NCBI RefSeq assembly: GCF_038025025.1
Contig: NW_027117345.1
Span: 1,736,001 to 1,800,000 of the forward strand
Direction of reading: 5' to 3'
DNA length: 64,000 nt
From: Phyllosticta citribraziliensis
Lineage: Eukaryota
The notes under the pieces are model-generated. The model worked only from the letters and a program-made list of their open reading frames with translations, was not told the origin of the DNA and did no database searches. Position numbers and translations under genes: made by a program. Below, one piece after another: positions 54,447 to 64,000 of the stretch (within the stretch, counting starts at the first letter, position 1; each line of letters starts with the position of its first letter).

Positions 54447-56317
54447 TCAAGACGTCTTCTGCAACCCCACACCTTCCACCCTGCGCCCCTCAACAAACAT
54501 AACCGGCGGCGTAAAATGCGTCCTCCCATGCACAAAATACACCACGACACTCAACAACAGCACGCCCGCCCAAATAGCCGGCGCCCAGTTCGCGCCCTCC
54601 AGGGTGACGGGGAGCGACGTCGGAAAGCTGGAGAAGACCATGACGAAGGCGGAGTAGCAAAAGGCAAATGCGTTGACGGGGAGGCCCCAGCGGCCGAGGC
54701 TCCAGCGCGCGTGCGGCAGGTCCTGGCCGCGGAGGCGGCGCAGCAGGATACAGCCGATGGAGATCATGTAGGTGGAGAGGAGCGCGAGGAGCGAGAGCGA
54801 GACGATGAGGTTGAAGGCGAAGGTGGAGCCGAGGTTGACGAGGCACAGGATGCTGGTTAGGACGGACGAGAGGTAGACCGAGTTGAAGGGGATGTCGTAT
54901 TTTGGGTTCATCTGGATGGATAAATGTTAGAGCTGTTTGTTTTGGTGGTTGGGTGTGTTGGTGCGTACGCGCGAGATCCACTGCGAGAAGGGAAAGCCAT
55001 GGTCGCGGGAAAAGGCCCAGAGCTCTCTTGATACGGTGGCAAGCGTGGTGATGTTGCCGGAAAAAATGAGAACGAGGACGACGATGGTCAGGAACAAGGC
55101 CACGCCTGATGATCCGGTGTTCTGAAAGAGGTTGAGATAGGGGGCGTCGGCTTCCAATGTCGCGTCGAGTGATCCGATGCAAAAGAGCATGGTGATCAAA
55201 GTGACGATGCCGAGCAATACGTTGACCACGTACGACCACCACATGGCTCGAGGCACGACGAGCGATGCGTCTTCCACTTCCTCCGCTGCACGCAGTAACA
55301 TTAGCGTCGCCCGGCCAAATGCAACCAAGCATGCTCACATATGTGGACAATGCTGTCAGAGCCTAGGTTGCAGTACATGACAGTCACTTGACTGACAAGG
55401 CACGCTGTCCCCATGTTGCTCCAACCACCGCTATTGACGAAGCTCGTAAAGACCTCGCGCGGAGCATTCAGCGGTCTGCACATGGCCCAGCAGACGATGA
55501 CGACCAACAGCCACCCCAGGAAATGGCCAAACAGGGACGCCGTCTCCAAAGCGGGAAGGGAGCCCGCTCCCACTGTGTTGAAGCCCACCGTCACGACAAT
55601 CAGCCCCAGCATGAGCAAGGTATACTGCCAGTTGCTGAAGCCAAAGTCTGGGCGCACAATCTCGGCGCAGATTTCGATCAAAGTTGCGCACACGAACGCG
55701 CTGGACGCGTAGCTTGAAAGCCATCCCAAAGTGGACATCCAGCCCGCCGAGTAACTAAGGAACTTTTGGTACCTTGGTGGCGCGAACTCTGAGCACCAGT
55801 GATACTGGCCACCGGATGTTGGCGCCATGCTCTCCATCTCGGCGAGCGAGGCAACAATGGTAGCGTAGCAAATGACGGTGCCGATGAACGTCCAGAAAAG
55901 GCCGGCGAAGCCACCGTTGATGAAGCCGGCTGAGAGAGACCTGTTCCGCGTTACTCCTGTCCATGATTTTCCTTGTTGTTCCAGGCTTTTGGATGAAGGG
56001 AATCATCATACACCAAGACGAATTCCCACGTGGCCATGTAAATGGAAACGAAGCCAAGTGTCGACAGGAAGCTAAAGTTTCTCTGTGTACGGTCAGCCCG
56101 AGGTGGTCCAAAGCTCGACGTTATCGTGAGTGAATGCCTTGAACTCCTGCTTCTTCCCCAAGCGCTGCATATCGCGTGCATCGTTTGGCGTGTCACCCCA
56201 GAGGTCCTCCGCCACCACGTCACGAACCGGTATCCTGCTCTTCTCAAAGTCGTCCATCTCTATCGCATCCGGATCGTCCAGCAACGGAGCAGTGGACAAA
56301 GGGTCGTCGAGGACCAT
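54447..56317 (-). CDS. APC-superfamily amino acid permease (GABA/choline transporter-like), 5 exons
   Basis: DMQRLGKKQEFKRNFSFLS, EMESMAPTSGGQYHW, HISEEVEDAS, SRELWAFSRDHGFPFS; multiple TM helices. Confidence 0.93.
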
Positions 56318-57486
56318 GGCAAGAGGACGACCCAGCCAGACTCAATAAAAGAAGAAAGTACTGCGGCGCGCGCGCACTGCAGCTGCCCCACTAACTAGCC
56401 TCTGCTGCGTTGCGATAAACCGCTCTAGGTTATCTCGTTGTTGGGCGGAGCGGCGTGTTCGGTGCGCCTCCCTGTCTTGCCTCCCCGGCTCGGACATGAG
56501 CCCGTTTTGTGCTCGTCTAGCACGCAACGGACTAGCAGCTCTCACATCTGACGGGCTAGTCTCGCCGTCGCGTCACGCTGGCGGCCAATCGCGCGGCCCC
56601 CGGGTTGCAGGTGAGATGCACGGTTGGGGGCGCACGTAGACATTGGTGTCGCGTCCGCGCTGCGACCCTTTGAGACTGGGTTGCATCATGACAGATGTCA
56701 GGCATTGTTCGGGTCGGGTACCATGTGGGCTCAGGAAAAAGAAAGCGCGCAGCGCAGAACGAGGTCAGGGTGCGGTTTCGCCGCAGTGGACGACAGGCAG
56801 CTGAGTAGGGTGCAAAGATGAGCGACGACTTGGAATGTCATGAGTCTTGACGCGACGCCCTGAGCGCCGTCCGAGCGCGTGTGGGGTAAGCTGCGGCCCT
56901 GAGTTGAGGGAGGCCAAGATACAGTCAGCAGTCCCCAGACGACATTTGCCATCGGAGAATTTGAGATGGTGGAGCCTCATGGAGTGGCCGTGTGCATGTG
57001 CGTCGATGCAGGTAAGCGGCAGCCGCGGAAGCGTTCGTGGCACCTAACGAAGACGGGAATGCGCTGGAAGATCATAATTGGAATCTTGACCAGCACGACC
57101 AACAAAGCGCGCGACGAGGAAATCAGGCCCGAACACGACGATCAAAGGGGACAAGATATGCTGGTGTACAAGAGGAATAATGGGGGGGAAAAGCGAGTTC
57201 CGGGATGCGCGGATGTGACCCTGTCCGCGTGGATTGCCTAATGCGGCTAGCGCATCAAACCGACCATTGTTGAAACGAAACTGACATTAAACAAGACTAC
57301 GTCTTAGCTTTATAATGTTTTCCAAAAGTTCTTTGAGAATCAAAACACCCATTCAGTCTTGAGCCAACTTCAAACCAGACTCAATCATTCCAATCCGCGA
57401 CTCGGTAGCGACAGCTCGCAATTCGAAGCTTCCAGTCGCAATTGCTGCCCAGCAGTCAAACCAATGAGAAAGATCGAACATTGTCT

Positions 57487-59970
57487 TCAAACCGCCGTCT
57501 TGGCCGTCTCCGTGCGAGATACCTCGAAATCGGGGTCAGTTACGCCAGAATTCTCGTCTGACGCGGAACCTTGCACTTCAAGGTTTTCAAAGTGGTAGAG
57601 TTGCGGCTTCGATATGCCTTTGCGACGGAAAAAGTATCTCTGGATCCAGTACGGCAAAATCTGGTTCCATTGGAATCTGGCATGGGTGCGGGTTGGTACT
57701 CCAAACACGTAATCGAGCTCCTCGAGCGTGCGCTGCTTGGTTTCGGGGAGGAAGAAAAAGACTGCGCAGCCGTTGTCAGTGTACCAATGTACCTTTGGAT
57801 GTGAAACGCCAGTGAGGGAGCTTACTCAACAAGAGCGCCAGAATGTTCAGCGCAGCATAAAATCCGAATGCACCCTGCGGCTTGAAGGCCCTGAGCATCC
57901 GCGGGAACGTCAGACTAAGCACACTGGCCCAGAAATTGTTCGTGGCCACGGCCCACGACATTCCCATCTCTCTGTGCGACAAGGGGAAGCACTCCGCTGA
58001 GTAGGTGAATGGCACGGGTCCTTCTCCTGGCGAATAGAACGCAGCGAAGAGGTAAATGAAGAAGGCAATGAGGCCCAGATGAGCAGTAGTATCCGTGGGG
58101 ATCCAGAAGCAGAATCCAGCGGCAAGCAGGGTCCAAAACATCTGAGGGAACGTGAACAGGAGCAGGTTGCGTCGACCGAATGTGTCGATTGTCCACACCG
58201 CTGGCCAGGCGAAGGTGAAATTGACCTGGGAACGTTCAGTACCATTTTCTATGCTATCAAATGCGATTTTGTCTGTTCAAGGGCGAACATAGAAATGGCG
58301 TTGACACGTGCGGGGCTCTTACCAGACCGAATCCAAAGGTCGCAAATAGCGATTCCAATGTGGATGCCCCGGCATTTTCGAAGATCGTGCTCGAATAACT
58401 GTTCCGCGTCAGCCTCTCGTGTCGACCAGCCATCCAGCAGATGCGAACTGACAAACTCATAATGTTGATACCGCAACTGCTGATTGTTAGCCTTTTCAGA
58501 TAAAATGTTGTTATGGAGCACATACAGCTGCTGCGCAATCATGACAATACCAGAGGCCTGAGTTGCTCTCCTGATCCGGGGAATAGTGAAGAGTTCACCA
58601 AAGCGGATGAGCATGTTGCTCTTGGTGGTCAGGCCAGCTTCCTCGATGAGCTTGACCTCATCGACCAACTGAGCATGGATGTAGTAAAGGTCCCGAGCAG
58701 CAAGGAGAGGGGCATTTCGGAGGCGGAGGAGGGACTTGTATGCCTTGCCATAACGCCCCTTCTTCATGTACCAACCTTGATGATTGTCAGCGAAAATGCG
58801 TAGTTGGAATTTGGAGGACATACGAGGAGATTCGGGACAAAAGTAGATTCCAATCACCAATGGAACCGCGGGGATGAAGGCACTAGCAAGTTGGAGTCGC
58901 CAAGCAATTTTGCCGACCTTGTACATTGCGAGGTTTGCGCAGGTGCCCAGGAAGATGCCGAATGCGGTCCAAAGCTGCCAACTCATGACCAAACCGCCCC
59001 TGACCACGGCGGGAGCCGTCTCCGCTGAAAAGACGGGGACAGTGACCTCCTTCAGGCCCATGCCAATACCGAGCAGGATGCGGGTTGCACAGAGCTGACC
59101 CCAGCTTTGCGTAAGAGCCGAGCCGATGGGAGCGAGGAGGGAGAATATAGCAGCGACAAAAATTGTGCCACGGCGGCCGATGAGGTCGTTCATGGGGTCG
59201 GACAACCAGGCCGCGCTGGAGATGTAAGTATGACCGATGAAAGAGAAAAGGACTGGTGATGCACTTACAACATGCACATTGCTATGTACGGGAAAGAGTT
59301 GACAAGGCCAACGATCCACTCGTCTTTCTCGCAGCTGCCCATGGGACCGCAAATTTCCTCTTTGGTTGAAATGCCAAATTCATCCGGAAACGACAAGTTC
59401 GCTCCATTCGAGCCGGTCTGGTCCCAGCCTGCACATTGTCAGCGAAGCCGCCCACTGGCACGAGAGTCACCACCAACCCTGGATTGCCGCAGCAATGGAG
59501 TTCAAGATGATGGTGAAATAGAGAGCCCATGGATGGTTCCAGCGATGGGTCCGCTCGAACCGTATGATCTCTTTGTCAGACTCTTCCAGTTCCTCCACGC
59601 TCTCAAAGTTCTTCGGATCACGGGAAATCAGGGCGCCCTTCCGAAGCAGTGGCAAGACGTCGGTCATGCCATTCTCTCGAGCAAAAGTTTCCACGTCGAT
59701 CATCAGCTGTGGGATCGGGATGTCTGTGAGAGGGTTTCGCACTCTGAGAAATCGAGTCAGAGGGTGGCTTGAATCGGTGAGGTCGCTGCGGCTTACTCTC
59801 CCATGACATTCGCTGAAAAGGCTTCGACGGTGCTCTTGTGCTTTCCCGTGTCCATTTTGGAAGCATCTTCAGAATGGATTCCGCCCGCGCCGTTGTTTTT
59901 TCTACATACGTGTCAGCGCGGGCAGCATTGTGTCTTGCTGCGATACCTACTCGTCTTTGATTGTCGCCAT
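57487..59970 (-). CDS. MFS sugar porter (myo-inositol/polyol transporter-like), multi-exon
   Basis: [65 protein letters not shown]. Confidence 0.93.
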
Positions 59971-61749
59971 GTTGTTCAAGTAGTGGGAGTGGACGAATGC
60001 TCCTGAACCACTGCTTGTCAGCTCTTGGTCGCTGTGGAATCAAAAGTGCGACCAATGAGGAACATTTGTTTTGAACTCGGCATTGCGGGTGCAATAAACC
60101 AAAATCTGTGTTTGAAATACTCACCGCTTTTGTGAAGAGTTCGTCCACGCCGTTCGTAGAAGTGTTAAGCGACCAGGATGCTGCGGCTAGTTTGGCGAAG
60201 CAATGCACAGCGTTCGAGGAAAATGTGTGCGCACTAGTCTGATTGGACGGATACTAAAGAGCTGAGACTGACAAGCGAAGCGAAGCTCGACTTGGAAATC
60301 AACGAGGCTGTGGTTTGCCAATTTGGTCAAAGAGGCGGCCAGTGGGGACTTCCAAGGGCCTTGAGGATGGATCTAAGCGTCTTATGAAATAGATCCAAGC
60401 ACGCCGCCTTTCAGCCCCGTCGGCGTATTTGGGTACGAAACTCTTGGCTCAGATCTGCTTCATATCCTCTGCCCACTGTAACTACACACAACTTTTCCCC
60501 AGGGTCTTGGTTGAGGCCTTTACGCGGCATTCGGACGCCGGGAGTTGTCATGCGGATCAAACGTGAAGCCATGGGATCCATCCTCATGACTAGGCTCGGC
60601 GAGTAATCAGTGCAGCGTGAAGCCGACATGGAGGGCGAGTATATGGTTGTTGCAGCAAACAGTGTTGCGGTGGCTTGAAGAATCGCGGGGTGGCAGCGGT
60701 CGATTAGAGTGCCGCTTTGCGGGGCTGCCCCGTTTTGCTGCACAGAATTTGCGGGGGGCTCGCTTGAGGCGCTCTCCACATCGAATCACTGTATACGCTA
60801 TACGGAGTTTGACGAGTCGTTGGTGTTCTTTAGTGGTCCCGGCAAGAATCTTGCACACTGCATGAAGTTTAGGTTGGTGGCTCCCGCCCTCAACTGACTC
60901 GCCCAGCAACTCTGCTTTGTAATCCTACTTCTTAAGATCAAAGCACGATTCGGGATCAGCCATGGGTGTAATTTGTAGATAAGGGACGTCATGGGGTGAG
61001 TAAACACATTTCTCTTTCCTTCAGACCCGGAAATCCAGCTCACCCACAAAATTAGGAACAGTCCGAAGTGTCCGACGACCCGTGTTCGCATTGAAACCGA
61101 GGCCCAGGAATTTCGAATTAGGGCTCAGTGCAGCTGGACGCGTATGATTAGCAGAGACTTAGAGTAATAGACGAATGAAAAGCAACATCATTCATCCGGA
61201 AACCAACGGCACTGCGCTGACACAGAATCCTCCCATCCTCACGGGACCTGATGGTTGGTAGACAAGAAGTGGCGAATGACGCTGCTATAGAGCAAAGCAA
61301 ATTTTAGAAACATACCCATGAAGAACCAGCTCGCACAAGTCCAAAAACTGCAGTACCAAGAAGAGCAAAGTCTCCTTGGCATCGAAGATATCAACTTCGA
61401 TCTTGCTAAGGACTTGGGATCAGGCGTGCTGCTCCCAACATGGCGGTCTTTCATGCCAGTCCGCATCAGAGTTGAAGTGGCACATCCGCGGAAGCACTGA
61501 GCGCGAAAGGATCGAAGAACGGCGGCCGGCGGGCGTCAAGATGGCCTGGGCATACATGATAGGATAAAGCTGGCCGAGACTCGACGAAAAACGTCGTAAC
61601 ACGCAGGGCTGCATTGACCGCATTGAGATTGACTGTTGGCATGTTTCTTTCTCCATTATGATCTTTCATTTCAAGGAGTGGCCATCTGGCTGTCTTAACT
61701 GGGACTCCATTAACATTACACACAACGCTTGGTCTAGAGCACTTCTCTT

Positions 61750-64000
61750 CTAAATCAAAAACTCTTCGTCGACGGTTTGATTGTATCCAAAGGTCGCAAG
61801 ATTATGTATTGAAAATCGTCCTGTCAGGGTGTTGTTTGTCAAGTTGGTTTGGACGGTCTTGCCACTCTTCAGCGTACCGCTCTCGACAATCCCGCCTGCA
61901 ACCGGCCGCTGAAGAGCATTGGCGTCGCGTAAAACGGTGAAGTTGGCAAGGCTGACTTCGAGAGCTGTGCGTTGGACCAAGGTTGGCATGCCAAAGAAGC
62001 GGGCTCGTACGGCATCGTAGCTATGGAATTGTGAAAGTCAGATTCATATCTTCTTGAATGTGGCTCAGGGTTGTGGGGCGTCGACAAACCTGACGTGGAG
62101 CTCGTAGTACCCCCTGTAGTATGAATCCTGCCACTGAAGTTCTCGATTGTCTCTGATGAGCAACTCGCTGATGTTTTTGGCCTCCCTCATTGTGACGTTC
62201 TGTCCGACAGGAGAGGGGCTGCTAACAGCAGTGCCAGAAAATTCGACGCCAATGGCACCGGCGCCGGTCTTTTGGTTGTAGTCGTGCTCATCCAGCCACA
62301 CAAGATCGCTTGCCCACGACATGTGACTATCACCGGCCATTACAATGTTGTTGTTGATCCCATGCTCGTAGAGATGAGCAAACGTCCGATTTCTATTTGC
62401 TTGGTAGCCGTCCCAGGCGTCGTAGTCCATTGGATTCTCCGGGCTCTGAGTCACCGACTCGTTGATTCGAGAAAAGATGGTTTGGGAACCGATCAATCGC
62501 CAAGCAGCTCCCCTGGCGTGGGACGCGCTGAGCTTTCTGTAGAACCAATTCTCCTGACGACTGCCCATCATCGTCCTACCGACGTCATTTGAGATTTCGT
62601 GGATATAATCGGTGTTCCAGTAGAGATCTGTTATCGATCTGTCGTATTGACGGGTGTCCAGCATGAATATATCCATGAGGGAACCGATCGAAAAACTTCG
62701 CCAAATGCGCAGATTGTCGTCCATTTCGACCTGACGAATAGGCATCCACTCGAAGTACTTTGTCCGCGATAAGAAAGACTGCACTTTTGATCCTGTGGTG
62801 TATACTTACAGCTCTTACGGCGTTCATCTTTCGCTGATCGAAGGCAATACCGTCACCTCCAAAGCCGGTAGAAATGTCGTTCATGTGGAAAGATGCCCGG
62901 GTGTTGTTCTGGTCGGCCATGCCGTCTCGGTACGTATTGTCTCCGACCTCTGTCGGAATGAGTCAGTGCATCTTTGCCTGAAGATGAGCATGGTCTGAGG
63001 CTCACCGTGGTCGTCCCAAACAGGAATCCAAGGAAATTTGGCAAAGCTCTCAATGGCATCAAGATCCGATCTGTACAGTGAGTGGCGCTTTCGGTAGTCA
63101 TAAAGGGTCCGGATTTCCTTGTCTGGTTCCGACTTGCGGTCAATTTTCCATCCGTAGCCGTAACCACCCTCCGCATACTCGTAGAGGAAGTCACCCAGAT
63201 GAAGGACGTAGTCCACAGAATCTTTCCTGGCAACATTCCCGAAGGCGGTAAAGTAGCCAAAAGCTGCCGTGCAGGTCAGATCATGGTGAATTGACAGTCA
63301 CTGGTTGACAACATACGGTAGTTCGAACAGGAGTAGACCGCCAAGGCTATGTCGGGCACTTCGTCATTGGCAGCTGGTGTTGTCTTGGTTCTACCGATGG
63401 GACTGGTGTAGTCTGTTCCGCAAACGCGAAACTGGTAGTAGTAGCGAGTGAAAGGTTCTAAACCACATGCCTCGACCTGAGGATGTCAGAGCAAGCATCC
63501 TAATCCCCGCGGTATTCTCACCTTGACTGTGTAGTCGATATCTGAAGACGTGTACGCAGTTCCCGTGCTCACCACGTTCTCAATGTTTTCATCTGTAGAG
63601 ACTCTGTATTCGACGCAGATTGGAGCAGTGGTGACGGGGATGGTCTCTTGCTGGTGGTGATCATAGAGCCTGGTGAAACCGGGGGCGGTGTCTGAGTTTC
63701 CTGTCAATTAGCTGCTCACAATCTGGTCTCGTGACACTCGCCTTTGGCCTTCGCATTATCATACTTGGGCGAAATTCGAGTCCACAAAATCACGGAATTT
63801 GGGTATGGGTCTCCTGAGGCGACACTGTGTGTCCAATTGAGATATTCTGCAGCAACAAACCTGACGCTTGGGTTGTGTCGCTTTACGATTTTGTAGATGG
63901 GCAGGCCAAGAAATGGATGGTTCCCGGATGGGCCGCCATAGATCAGGTTGTTCATGTACGAGGCTGACGAACAGCCGACGGCGACAGCAAGTGTGACAGC
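61750..64000 (-). CDS. phoD: Alkaline phosphatase D (PhoD) family, secreted; 5' end runs off window
   Basis: HSVASGDP, LWTR, DYTVKV, GRTKT, VYSCSN, HLGDFLYE, VWDDHE, MLDTRQYDR, DAWDGY, GDSH motifs. Confidence 0.94.

Overview
Gene-dense, intron-rich eukaryotic DNA from a filamentous ascomycete (Pezizomycotina; short GT-AG introns with CTRAC/CTAAC branch points). About 18 protein-coding genes are supported: an F-box-like hypothetical protein, a membrane protein, neutral trehalase, MBF1, SNF1 kinase, a ~1630-aa disordered protein, a 4-coumarate-CoA-ligase-like enzyme, a Pro/Thr-rich GPI cell-wall protein, a GNAT protein with tandem YxPPHLR repeats, a secreted beta-lactamase-family hydrolase, phosphatidylinositol synthase, a ClrB/CLR-2-like Zn2Cys6 factor in tandem with a GH2 beta-mannosidase, a thaumatin-like protein, an Xaa-Pro aminopeptidase, an amino-acid permease, an MFS sugar porter and a PhoD phosphatase (5' end beyond the window). 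No transposon, rRNA, tRNA or CRISPR is evident. The most unexplained signals are two non-coding plus-strand segments (about 4060-4378 and 1008-1660) with dense nested base-pairing found by eye, the first also bounded by splice signals and carrying Pol III-like A box, B box and T6; the 4x27-aa YxPPHLR array fused to a GNAT domain; and the tight mannosidase-ClrB tandem with an open upstream frame. All exon boundaries and structures were read manually and need computational confirmation.
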